Part shown: in pieces, positions 37,530 to 49,787 of the stretch | Position numbering within the stretch: position 1 is the stretch's first letter | Layout of the letters: each line of letters starts with the position of its first letter | NCBI RefSeq assembly: GCF_963921235.1 | Contig: NC_086101.1 | Span: 6,388,001 to 6,452,000 of the forward strand | DNA from: Mobula hypostoma | Lineage: Eukaryota | Direction of reading: 5' to 3' | Length of the DNA: 64,000 nt | The notes under the pieces: generated by a model | Database searches by the model: none | What the model saw: the letters and a program-made list of their open reading frames with translations, nothing else | What the model was told of the DNA's origin: nothing | Translations under genes and position numbers: made by a program

Positions 37530-40500
37530 GCAACAGTGAGAGTAGGAATGGAATGAGGTGGAGGATAAATGCGTGGCTGAGGGATTGGAGCAGGGGGTAG
37601 GGATTCAAGTTTTTGGATCACTGGGACCTTTTTTGGCGCAGGCGTGACCTGTACAAAAAGGACAGGTTACACTTGAATCCTAGGGGGACCAATATCCTTT
37701 TCTTTTTAAATCTTTTTATTGAATAAGTATACAAAAAGGTAAGCCATATAAACATTAATACAATGTTAAAATATAATAAAATTACAGAAGGTATCAATAC
37801 CAAAAAAAATACTACAAACAATGTAATTTAAACATAAGAAACCAAGATAACATAATAGTATACTAAATTTTATATATATATCAATAGAAAAAAAGGAGAA
37901 AAAACCCCCAAAAAAACCATGCAACTAACTAAAAGCAAAGCAAAGCAATGGGCTAACTTGAAACCAAACAGAGTTAAACTTAAAATCACGTCCTCAATCC
38001 CGACCTCCATTAAAAACAGTGAAAAAAAAAACAAGAAGGGTATATATTACATTAAATGAAAATATCGAATAAAAGATCCCCAAATCTGTTCAAATTTAAA
38101 TGAAGAATCATAAAGGTTACTTCTAATTTTCTCCAGATTCAAACATAATATCGTCTGAGAGAACCAAAAAAAGGTAGTTGGAGCATTAAGCTCTTTCCAA
38201 TGTTGTAAAATACATCTTTTCGCCATTAAAGTAAGAAATGCAATCATTCTACGGGCTGAAGGGGAAAGATTACTAGAAATTTTAGGTAGTCCAAAGATAG
38301 CAGTAATAGGGTGAGGAGAGATATCTATATTTAATACCTTAGAAATAATATTAAAAATGTCTCTCCAAAAAGTTTCCAAAGTAGGGCAAGACCAAAACAT
38401 ATGAGTTAAAGAGGCTATCTGCCCCGAACATCTATCACAAAAAGGATTAATATGCAAGTAAAAACGCGCTAACTTATCTTTGGACATATGTGCTCTATGA
38501 ACAACTTTAAATTGAATTAGGGAATGTTTAGCACAAATAGGGGGACCAATATCCTGGCAGGGAGATTTGCAAGGGCTACTGAGGTGACTTTAAACTAGAA
38601 TGGTTGAGGGGGTGGGAATTAAATTAAAGAGACGAGGAGAGAGGAGGTCAGTTCACAAATAGAGAAAGCTAGTAGACAGTGTGTTACAGAGGATGGGCAG
38701 GGGACAGAGATCAGGAACACTCAGACCAAAGATGTAGGGGACAAGGAAGAAAAAGATAACAAAGTTGTTTGCTCCATTAAGGATAAACAGAGAGTAGGAG
38801 GTGGAGAGTTTCTTAAGTGTATCTGTTTTAATGCTAGGAGCATTGTAAGAAAGGTGGATGAGCTTAGAGCATGGATTGATACCTGGAAATATGATGTTGT
38901 AGCTATTAGTGAAATGTGGTTGCAGGAGGGGTGTGATTGGCAACTAAATAATTCTAGGATTTCGTTGCTTCAGGTGTGATAGAATAGAAGGGGCAAGAGG
39001 GGGAGGTGCTGCATTGCTTGTCAGAGATGATATAACAGCGGTGCTCTGGCAGGATAGATTAGTGGACTCATCTAGGGAGGCTATTTGGGTGGAATTGAGG
39101 AATAGGAAAGGTGTTGTGACACTTATAGGGATGTATTATAGACCACCTAATGGGGACCGAGAACTGAAGGAGCAAATTTGTAAGGAGATAGCAGATATTT
39201 GTAGCAAGCACAAGGTTGTGATTGTGGGAGATTTTGATCTTTGAGGAGATGTGAAAGGATTTAGGAAGAGTGGATTGGGACAATTTGTTTTATGGGAAAG
39301 ATGTAACAGAGAAATGGAGGTCATTTAAAGGTGAAATTTTGGGGGTACAGGAACTTTATGTTCCTGTTAGGTTGAAAGGGAAGGTTAAAAGTTTGAGAGA
39401 CCCATGGTTTCAAGGGATATAGGAAAATTGGTTCGGAAAAAGAGGGGATCTTCAATAAATATAGGCAGCTTGAAGTTAATGAGGTACTCGAGGAATATAA
39501 AGAATGCAAAAAGAATCTCAAGAAAGAAAATAGAAAAGCTAAAAGAAGATACGAGGCTGCTTTGGCAAATAAGGTGAAAATAAATCCAAAGAGTTTCTAC
39601 AGTTATGTTAATAGCAAAAGAATAGTGAGGGATAAAGTTGGTCCCTTAGAGAATCAGAGTGGACGGCTATGTGTGGAGCCAAAAGAGATGGGGGAGATTT
39701 TGAACAATTTCTTTTCTTCGGTATTCACTAAGGAGAAGGATATTGATTTGTGTATAGTAAAGGAAACAAGAAGGGTAGTTATGGACAGTATGACGATTAA
39801 AGAAGAGGAACTACTGGCGCTTTTAAGGAATATAAAAGTGGATAAGTCTCCGGGTCCGGACAAGATATTCCCTAGGACCTTGAGGGAAGTTAGTGTGGAA
39901 ATAGCAGGGGCTCCAACAGAAATATTTCAAATGTCATTTGACATCAGTGGTGGGTAAATTGATGGAAAGTATTCTTAGAGATGGTATATATAATTATCTG
40001 GATAGACAGGGTCTGATTTGGAACAGTCAACATGGATTTGAGCATGGAAGGTCATGTTTGACAAATCTTATTGAATTTTTTGATGAGGTTACTAAGAAAG
40101 TTGACGAGGGTAAAGTGGTGGATGTTGTCTATATGGACATCAGTAAGGCCTTTGACAAGGTTCCACACAGATGGTTAGTTAGGAAGGTTCAATTGTTAGG
40201 CATTAATATCGAAGTAGTAAAATCGATTCAGCAGTGGCTAGATGGGAGATGCCAGAGGGTAGTGGTGGATAACTGTGTGTCAGATTGGAGGACGGTGTGT
40301 AGCGGTGTGCTTCAGGGATCTGTACTGGGTCCAATGTTGTTTGTCATATATATTAATGGTTTGGATGATGGGGTGGTAAATTGGATTAGTAAGTATGCAG
40401 ATGATACTAAGATAGGTGGTGTTGTGGATAATGAAGTAGATTTTCAAAGTTTGCACAAAGATTTAGGCCAGTTAGAAGAGTGGGCTGAAAGATGGCATAT

Positions 40501-41317
40501 GGAGTTTAATGCTGAAAAGTGTGAGGTGCTCCATTTTGGTACGACTCATCAAAATAGTACATACTTGGTAAATCATGGGGCTTTGATGAATGCTGTAGAA
40601 TAGAGTGATATAGGAATAATGGTGCATAGTTCCCTGAAGATGGAATCTCATGTGGACAGGGTGGTGAAGAACGCTTTTGGTATGCTGGCCTTTATTAATC
40701 AGAGCATTGAGTATAGGAGTTGGGATGTAATGTTGAAATTGTATAAGGCATTGATAAGGCCAAATTTGGAGTATTGTGTACAGTTCTGGTCACCAAATTA
40801 TAGGAAAGATGTCAATAAAATTGAGAGAGTACAGAGGAGGTTTACTAAAATGTTGCCTGGGTTTCATCTCCTAAGTAACAGAGAAAGGTTGAACAAGTTG
40901 GGACTTTATTCTTTGGAATGTAGAAGGTTGAGGGGGGACTTGATAGAGGTGTTTAAAATTATGAGGGGGATTGATAGAGTTGACGTGGATAGGCTTTTTT
41001 CATTGAGAGTGGGGGAGATTCAAACAAGAGGACATGAATTGAGAGTTAAAGGGCAAAAGTTTAGGGGTAACACGAGGGGGAACTTCTTTACTCAGAGAGT
41101 GGTAGCTGTGTGGAACGAGCTTCCAGCAGAAATGGTTGAGGCAGGTTCGATGTTGTCATTTAAAGTTAAATTGGATAGCTATATGGACAGGAAAGGAATG
41201 GAGGGTTATGGGCTGAGTGCAGATCGGTGGGACTAGGTGACAGTAAGAGTTCGGCACGGACTAGAAGGGCCGAGATGGCCTGTTTCCGTGCTGTAATTGT
41301 TATATGTTATATGGTTA
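37530..41317 (+). mobile_element. CR1 LINE (ORF1 end + near-complete ORF2, degenerate)
   Basis: FNARSIVRK, YYRPPN, YADDTK, LEYCVQFWSP; 8-bp TSD TAAATCTG (37522-37529, 41318-41325). Confidence 0.93.
37699..38537 (-). mobile_element. 5'-truncated L1-clade LINE
   Basis: IQFKVVHR...CDRC...HMFWSC zinc knuckle; AATAAA plus A-rich tail; 18-bp TSD TAGGGGGACCAATATCCT (37681-37698, 38538-38555). Confidence 0.92.
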
Positions 41318-41345
41318 TAAATCTGTGGAATTCTTTGGCATAGGT

Positions 41346-42051
41346 TGATAAAGTTTAAGGGAAAGGGGGATTCTCAAGATTCCTGTAAACAATGAATTAA
41401 GTACTGACTATGTCTGTGACTGCAGTGTGTTTGAATAATGTCACACAGCTGCTTTCTTTGGAGCAAGATGATTAAAGTTTGCCCAGATCCACATCAGATG
41501 TCTCTGGGCTTTTCCCACCTTTTGATTTTGACAAAAAGCAGTACCTGATGGAAATCACTTTCTTAATTAAAGCATAAATTTGCCGGATGTTCTTATCTTT
41601 GTAATTAAGTTGTGGCTCCAGCAAACCAGGTAGGACATTCTTTTCTTTAACTAAGGTGGCTGGAGTGTCTAACAAGTTGATTGTACTTTTGTATCAATAG
41701 TCCATTGACTTGGCCGGAATAGTTATCAAACGGATTGTTCTCTGTATCAATAGTCCATTGACTTGGCCAGAATAGTTATCAAACTGATTGTTCTCTGTAT
41801 CAATAGTCCATTGACTTGACCAGAATGGTTATCAAACTGATTGTTCTTTTGTATCGGTAGCCTTATAACTTCTGACAATTCCCACATCGGGCCGTGAACT
41901 TGTAGAACCACCGGGGAGATGAGAAAGGTTCTTTCCCTGATGTCGGGTCCAAGTTCACTCGCCGGCTAAGCTCAAAGAAATAAACGGGTTTAGAGATAAG
42001 TAACGATCCTTTTGTGCTGTCGTTATATGATCTAGCAAAGTTACGTTTACA
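41346..42051 (+). mobile_element. Solo LTR (ERV/Gypsy-like), 706 bp, with 54-bp tandem repeats
   Basis: TG...CA termini; 4-bp TSD AGGT; TATAA at 41864; AATAAA at 41979; removing it restores the CR1 sequence. Confidence 0.85.
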
Positions 42052-42356
42052 AGGTGACTGTGGAGGCCCGGTCATTGAGTGTATTTAAGGCAGAGGTTGA
42101 TAGATTCTTAATAAGTCAGTGTGTGAAAGGTTACGGGGAGAAGGCTGCCACATAATTTGGCCCAAATGTCCTGATCCTGATGTGTCCCCAATTAAACTGA
42201 ATCCACAGTATATCCTTACTGTAATTTTTATGTATTTCATTGTTATGCTGCCAGAACACAACACATTTCATTACTCAGTATCCTTTTTAATGAAGGCCAA
42301 TGTGCCAAAAGCTCTGCTTACCACCATATCTACCCGTGACGCCACCTTCCATCCTC

Positions 42357-42665
42357 CAAGAGGACCACCTCCTTGTTGTGGTTCGGAGGCTTGCATACCT
42401 CAATGCTGGCTGGAGTCCCGACTTTGTGCTTTAGCTTTTCGAAAGGTCACCCATGGCAAACAGGTCAAAGGGTAGAAGGCGGACTAAGAGTGCTCCACTG
42501 GTCCTCCAGTTTTGGGGTCCAGCTCAAGGCTAACAACCCCGACCGGTCAACCAAAACTGTTATGGAAACAGCAATGAAGGGTCCTCCTACATCTGAGTGG
42601 CCGAGGACAGAGAGATGGAAGGCCTGCATTGCTGCCCTAAACACCAGTGGCATAACGAGCCATAA
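42357..42665 (+). mobile_element. Short non-autonomous RTE-like element
   Basis: Homologous to 2150-2513 + 3290-3345. Confidence 0.65.
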
Positions 42666-44499
42666 CCAACCACCTTTCATCAGCCCACAGTTCCCCAAGC
42701 AATCTATGGGTTGCAGGTAATATGTGGTTGCTTTGCAGACACAGCCAGTCAGAGGGGGTTTCGGGAACCTTCAGCACAATGCACTCACAGTGAAACTGAA
42801 AGGTGCCTGAAACCGAAACAAGACTGCGCTCACTTCTTACAGATGCGTGAGAACTCTTCAACAATTCGTGCTTTCACCACTCAGCTAGACAGTGTGTGCC
42901 AGTGGCTCATTGCTGCTTCAGAAATCACAAGCCAATACACTGCACCCGGTCCTGGGCCCAGGCCCCACACTACTGGGAGAAGGTGTAAGAGGGGATTCAC
43001 ACAGCGAAGGTGCCATTGAAGGGATACACACACCAGAGGAGTGGTTCACCTCACAGCAGGGAATGGGTAAGGAGAGATTTAGTTCAGGAATTCAAAACCT
43101 TGCCAGGTTTTGTCAAAGTCAAGTTTGCTGCCGGAAGCACCTGCCGCAAAGAAAAACCTACCTGCAGCAGAATACAAACAACATTCACAAGACAAAATAT
43201 AAAGTAAACAAATACACCATGCTGACAGGAAGGAAGGGAATCAGAACAACGAAGTCCATATTAGTGCAAAGCGAGGGAACGCCCAAGCTGGGCAGCCGTT
43301 CATTCTGTTATGGTTATTTACTATAGATTTACTGGGTATGCCCTTAAGAAAATGAATCCCAGTGTTGTATATGGTGACATATATGAACTTTGATAATAAA
43401 TTTACTTTGAGCTTTGAGAAGGCAGGAGACTGAGAGGGAAAATGGGTGGAATGACTTAATTCTTCTCCTGTGTCTTATGGTCTTATTAGAAGTTTTTATC
43501 CCAACCTCGGTCCCTGACAGATCAAGGGTTAGACTGCTGCTGGTAACGTTATTGACCGATGACTTCGACCCCGTTGCGATGACAAGTCGCCACGAAGCGA
43601 TGAGTGATGGCAGGGGCGGCCAAACCACTTGAACAATCTTCATCGCTCTTCTCAGGCGTGTGACAGTCACTAACACAGGGCCGGAGGGGGAGAAAGGCCC
43701 CATTCGTTGCCTTCACACCGAGTCTATCAAATTCAATCGGGGCCAAGGAGCCACACGAGCTGCAAACTTCGCGGGGGACAGAGAAAGAAATCAATCAGGT
43801 GTCCGCGTCGGGTGTGGCGGGGGCGGTGGCACAGAAGGCAGAAGAATGGGGTTGGGAGGGAAGATCTATTAGGATCAGGCTTGATGGACCGAATGGACTA
43901 ATGCTGTTCCTATATCCCTGGAGGCAGAGACCAGTCAGGACACCGGATTAGCAGGGGGAGAGGAGGGGCTTTCATTCGGGGATCGAGCCATTTACTCGCC
44001 CGCGCTGTAAAATTACAGATTATCTCTGATTATTTTATCCCTAACCCCCAACCCCCCCCCCCCCCCAGTTTATAAAGACTTCTAACAGTGATATTTTTAA
44101 AAGTCCATTATTGAATCTTGGCGCAATACTTGGTTAAGTCGGTGAAGGTCGCACTGACTGATGCCTGGAAAACGGCGTGCAAAGAGGTAGGGAGAGAGAG
44201 GAAGAGAGAGGGAGAGAGATGGGGACAGGTGGGGGAGAGGGTTAACCTCTCCTTCCCACTTTATGACAGAGTCTCTCCCCCCACCCAGCAAAGCAGGACC
44301 GTAGAAACTTGGCAGGTTGGGCGCCCAATCAGATTCTGCCTAACCCGATGAAGGGTCTCGGCCGAAACGTCCACTGTTTATTCCCGCCTCCTTCGATGCT
44401 CCCCGACCTTCTGAGTTCTCCCAGCATTTAGTACGTTGCTTCGTGTAACCTGAAACCTCTCCTCCCTTCATGCCTTCAGAGGGGAGGGATCGATTTCCC

Positions 44500-44995
44500 A
44501 TCCCGCCCGGTTCCAGCAATTCGGCGGCAGGGATCCAACACCGAGAGACTGAAAGGCAGGGGGGTGGGGGGAGGTAAGGAACTCTCACCTGGTTGATGTA
44601 AGCTTGGAGCGTCAGCAGGTCCCCGGGGCTGTCGAACAAGCCGTGCACCACGATCACCGGCTTGTAGCTCCGGGTAACTTGCAGCACGATGGCGACAGAA
44701 GCCGCCAGCAGCAGCCGAGGGAACATGCCTGCCTCTGTACCGGGTTCTCGGTCTCTGGGAACGCCGCGGCCGCCCGCTGCGCTTGGCTGCCCGGCGATCG
44801 CACACGCCCCCGCCCGCTCAGACGGTCCGCGGCGCCGAACTCCCGTCCATCGGCGCCCGCTCCCCGCACCGGGCTTTCGCGACCCAGCGGCTCGGCTGAT
44901 GATACCGAGGAGACAGATGAATGTCACATCCGGTTTCCCTCGCGACCGTGAAGGCGTCCTTGCCAACGGCTGAGACCACTTCCTGTCCCGAGACT
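44500..44995 (-). promoter_or_regulatory. CpG-island promoter / 5' UTR of PPT2
   Basis: Strongly GC- and CpG-rich around the ATG against a CpG-depleted background; ETS-like motifs CACATCCGG (~44925) and CACTTCCTG (~44977). Confidence 0.75.
44589..44726 (-). CDS. PPT2: PPT2 coding exon 1 (signal peptide + YKPVIVVHGLFDS), aa 1-46
   Basis: ATG at 44726; MFPRLLLAASVAIVLQVTRSYKPVIVVHGLFDSPGDLLTLQAYINQ; donor CAG|GTGAGA; 138 nt, phase 0; motif typical of the PPT2 N-terminus. Confidence 0.95.
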
Positions 44996-46079
44996 CTTGG
45001 ATAGGTACATGGAGCTTAGAAAAATACAGGGCTATGCGGTAGGGAAATTCTAGGCAGTTTTTAGAGTACGTTACGTGGTCGGCACAACATTGTGGGCCGA
45101 AGGGCCTGTAATTGCTCTGAACCAATCGATCAAGCATCATCCATAAATTGTTATATTGCTACTTTAATACTGGGTTTATGGCTGCATGCATCTGAGTTGC
45201 GCTTTTGTACTGCTGGACATTGCTTGTACTGGCTGGTTACTGTACTTGATTTGTTGTTCATTTATTTTAATTGTTTTATAGCATTGAGTATGAGAGTTGC
45301 AAACTCATTTTCGCTGTTTTGGTGCATGACAAATTGTACTATGCAATGGCAATTTAACCAATTTCCCCCGGGATCAATAAAGTATGACTATGACTAAAGA
45401 TACTTCATTTCATATACTATAGGTTTCTGTGTTATATAAATGGATCTGAATCTGAGCGGAAGCTTTGGAAACAGTACAGAGATGGTTTACCTGGATTTGA
45501 GGGGAGGAATTAGGGTTTGTCCAAATTCTTATAACTCATCAGATTTCTGAACAATGAACCCATGAACACATTTTTGCTTGCTTTTTGCAGAGCTGGTTTA
45601 ATTTTAATATAAATTTCACTGCACGTTTCAATGTACCTGTGATAAATAACCGTGACTCCGGATGTGATCTCCAGAGTTCTGTGATGTGCTCCTCTCACTC
45701 CCTCCACCTGCCGCCCCTGCCCGGCTGTGCATAGCAAAGGGGCATTTTCAAGTGGGATAAAGTCACTCCACTGAATACTTTGCACACTCCACCTCTCAAC
45801 AAAGTACTTCTAAAAGCCTGAAGGTGTGTGCCCAGCAACATTTTGTGTGTATGTTGCTTGGATATCCAGCATCTGCAGATTTCCCCTTGTTTGTCAGCAG
45901 CGTCTAGAATCCCTTTCCTGTTATGGAAACAGCAATGAACAAACAAGAAAACCGTAAGAACTCCCGCAAATGTTCCAGTTCAGTTTATTGTCATTTGATT
46001 GTACACAAAGTTGCTCCAGACCAAAGTGCACAACACAGTACATATTTGCACAACACAGTACATATAACTCACACATAAA

Positions 46080-46372
46080 GTAGAGGCATCCATTAGTCTT
46101 GCGAGACCATGGAAAGTCTTCAGGGCACAGGCCTGGGCAAGGTTGTATGGAAGACCAGCAGTTGTCCATGCTGCAAGACATACCCTCTGCACGACACCAA
46201 TGTTGTCCAAGGGAGGGACATTAGGACCCATACAGTTTGGCACCAGTGTCGTCGCACAGCAATGTGTGGTTAACTGTCTTGCTCAAGGACACAACACGTT
46301 GCCTCGTCTGGGGCTCGAACTCACAACCTTCAGGTGGCTAGTCCAATGCCTTAACCACTTGGCTACGTGCCC
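46080..46372 (-). mobile_element. tRNA-derived SINE
   Basis: TAGCCAAGTGG A box, GTTCGAGCC B box, GTGTCCTTGAGCAAG body. Confidence 0.8.
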
Positions 46373-46479
46373 ACTCACACATACAACACAAAGTAATATT
46401 ACCATAAATAAACTAACAAATAATAAGGTGCATACATGACCAAAGTTAAAAAGTAAACTGTATAACACTACTGGTGCTC

Positions 46480-47270
46480 CGTACATGATGAAACCTGGGC
46501 AGTGGCAGAGAGTTCAGAAGTCTCACAGTTTGGGAGAAGAAGTTGTTTCCCATCCTAACAACTGTCGTAATGCTACAGTACCTCCTGCCTGATAGTAGGG
46601 GACTAAAGAGATTGTTGGACGGATGGGAGGGATCATTGACAATGCTGATGGTGCTGCGTACACAGCACCGCTGAAAGACCTTTCTAACAGGTGAAAGGGA
46701 AACCCCAACGAACCTCTCAGTAGTCCTCACAATCCTTTATAGAGAATTACAGTCAGATGCCTCACAATTCCCATTCCAGATGTTGATGCAGCTGTTTGGG
46801 ACACTATTGATGGTGCTCCTATAAAATTTAGTTAACGTGGGAGGGGGGCACACTCACCTCAATTTCTTTCTGAAGTGGAGACGCTGCTGTGCTTCCTTGA
46901 TCAGAGAGGTAGTGTTGTGGGACCAGGTGAGATTGACTGTTACGTGCACTCTCAGAAACTTGGTTCTCCTAACTCTCTCCGCAGAGCCAAGTATGTTCAG
47001 TGAGGAGTGGTCAGCCTGCACCTTCCTAAATTCCACAATCAGCTATTTTGTCTTGTCCACATTGAGACCAAAGTCGTTGCGCTCGCACCGCTCTGCCGGC
47101 TATTCCACCTGCTCTCTGTACGCCGGCTCACGAGCTCAGCCACTGCTGCATTATCAGATGACTCGGTCCGAGCTGGATCCAGCAGTGCAGTCTTGCGTTG
47201 GCAGCCTGAGCAGCAGCAGGCTCTGTATGCAGCCTTGGGGAGCACTGGTGCTCAGCGTGATGGAGCCAGA
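46480..47270 (-). mobile_element. Rex1/Babar-type LINE 3' fragment, degenerate
   Basis: KFLRVHVTVNLTWSHNT...AQQRLHFRKKLR; DPSHPSNNLFSPLLSGRRY. Confidence 0.78.
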
Positions 47271-49182
47271 CACACAGTTCCAAAATTCCTGATCCAGAAC
47301 CTCACACTGAGGAGAAAACCTCGGCATACATTTCGCGTCAGTCTCCACCCCAGATGTATTATCGAAGTACTTATATGTCACCTTATACAGAGTACTTATA
47401 TGTCACCATATACAAAGCTGAGATTCCTTTCCTTGCAGGCATTCATAGTAAGTACAAAGAAACACATTAAAATCAATGAAAGACTGCACACAAGATGGAC
47501 AAACAACCAATGTGCAAAAGAGAACAAACTGTGCAAATACAAAAATGTAAAAAATATAATAAATAAGCAATAAATATCAAGGACATGAGATGAGAGAGAA
47601 GTCTTTGAAAGTGGGTCCATAGGTTGGGGGAACAGTTTAGCATTGGAGTGAGTGAAAGCATCTCCCCTGGTTCAGATCCTCTTGATCAGCAGATAAGAAG
47701 AGCTTCAGTAGTTGGGAATGTGACAGAAAAATGCTGGCGACACTCAGCAGGTCAGGCAGCAACTGGATTTTAAAAAAAACAGAGGTAATGTTTCAGAGCT
47801 GGGATTCTTCATTCAACACTTTCTGTTTCCACACACATAAAAAGAGGATCAGGCCCTTTCCCGACTGCGAGATCTCGGAGGGCTGCAGCCTTTGGCACTC
47901 TCGTGCGCATGCCCACTGCACCATGCTTCATTAGGACAAGAAAACTCTTGCACTGCAAAGTTCTCTAATGCAACAAAGCTGGAGAATTCCAGCAGATTGG
48001 GTGACATTGTTCAAAGAGCATAGAGGTTAGCACAACATTTTACAATAAGAGCAACCCAGGTTCAGTTCTTTTCCATTCTCTATAAGGAGATTGTATGTTC
48101 TCCCCATGACCGCATTGGCTTCCTCCAGGTGCTCCAGTTTCCTGCCACAGTTCTAAGACGTACAGGTTACTCTGTTCGTTGGTCACTGTAAATTCGGCCA
48201 GGGTTAAGTCGGTGGATTGCTGGGTGGCATGGCTTCAAGGGCTGGATGACCTATTCCGTGCTTTACCTCAATAAATAAATAAATAAATTTGTTATCAAAG
48301 TACATACTGTACATGTTTGATGACAAATAAATCTAATCTTCTTTATATATTACCTTTGCTGGCCAGTAATGTAGTGGCATCAGCACCAGAGCTCGAGGTC
48401 CGAACCTAGCCAGACCCTTGCACACTTTCCATTCCTAAAGAGCCCGGGTTGCGTTACTGATGATCTGTTGCAATGCACACTCGGTTAATTAAGCCAAGGT
48501 TAATGAAAGGCATGGGTCAGATGAAAGTGGCTCCGCTACTCTAAACGCCTTAGGGCTACACTCCACAACCTTATCTCTCCCAGCCCCACATATAAAAACC
48601 CCGAGCACTACCCTTAAACCTAATCCTAACGTCCAAGGGCCTGCAGAAGCCAACTAGCCCTAAACACACCCTGACTAACGCTGGCCACACCCCCACAAGC
48701 CCGTTCCCTGTTTCAGGAGGGGGAAGGTACAATAAGGGCGAGGGTTAGGAGGAGATGAGGTTGTGGAGTACAGCGTGGTGAGCTATGTGGGGCTGTGGTT
48801 GAGCATTGAGCGAGCAACTTGGCCTCGTAAAGAACAGACCAATGCAAAGGAAACGAAAAAAGTGCCACCCTATACACCACAAGGCGCAAAAAGAACAACA
48901 TATTATCTTGAGGTTAATTTCCTTGCAGACGTTTACAGGAAAATGAAGAAATACGATATAATTTATGAAAACTCCACATAAACAAAGACTGACAAGCAAC
49001 GCACAGAAGACAAAATGTGCAAATAGGATAATACAGAGAGCATGAATTGTAAAGGCTCCTTGAAAGTGTGTCTGTGGGTCCTGGAATCGGTTCAGAGCTG
49101 GGCTGAGTGAAGTTATCCAGTCCGGACCAGGAGCCTGATGGTTGCAGGAGAATAATTGATCCTGAACCAAGTGGGGGTGGGC

Positions 49183-49415
49183 GGGAGACACAATCTCCTG
49201 TCCCTGTACCTCCTGTGAGAAGAGAGTGGGGGTGATAATGGGGGAGACACAATCTCCTGTCCCTGTATCTCCTGTGAGAAGAGAGTGGGGGTGATGATGG
49301 GGGAGACACAATCTCCATGAGAAGAGAGTAGGGGTGATAATGGGGGATACACAATCTCCATGAGAAGAGAGTGGGGGTGATGGGGAAGACACAATCGCCT
49401 GTCCCTGTATCTCCT
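49183..49415. repeat. Minisatellite (GAGACACAATCTCC...GAGAAGAGAGTGGGGGTGA)
   Basis: About 5 variable-length units. Confidence 0.85.
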
Positions 49416-49494
49416 GTCAGAATTGAGTTGCAGGGTAGATGGTGGGGTTGGGCTTTGATGATGGATGCTGCTGTCTTGTGGCAGATCAACTTAA

Positions 49495-49787
49495 AGGTTA
49501 AAGTCTGTCCTGAGCCTTGTGGCTCATCAGACCGTTGCTTATGCCAGTTTCCGTGGTGTGAAGCAACTGAAAATACGAGACTCCCCCCCCCCCCCCCCGG
49601 ATAGGACGCCAGTCTATCACGAGGTTAACCCCCAGCATTTTGCCGGTACACATTTTCAGATGGGCGGACTGGAGCAATGTGTGATTAAGTGCCTTGCTCA
49701 AGGACACAACACGCTGACTCGGCTGGGGCTCGAACTCACGACCTTCAGGTCGCTAGTCCAATGCCTTAACCACTCGGCCACACGCCA
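49495..49787 (-). mobile_element. tRNA-derived SINE (same head as the 46080 copy, different 3' half)
   Basis: TGGCCGAGTGG A box, GTTCGAGCC B box. Confidence 0.78.

Noticed and set aside
43500..43810. Possible alternative exon in intron 1 (pyrimidine tract + TTTGCAG near 43760)
   Set aside because: No recognisable coding similarity or convincing donor, and PPT2 is complete without it
44340..45140. 266-aa ORF as an N-terminally extended PPT2
   Set aside because: It starts within TE-derived sequence and reads through the exon 1 donor; the ATG at 44726 directly precedes a signal peptide
46290..46372. tRNA gene (also ~49710-49787 and ~34260-34334)
   Set aside because: A and B boxes are present but there is no proper acceptor stem, and the sequence continues into SINE bodies
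49505..49535. CTGATGAGCCACAAGGC on the minus strand as a hammerhead
   Set aside because: The hairpin is followed by TCAG, not the required GAAA box; it is part of a SINE tail
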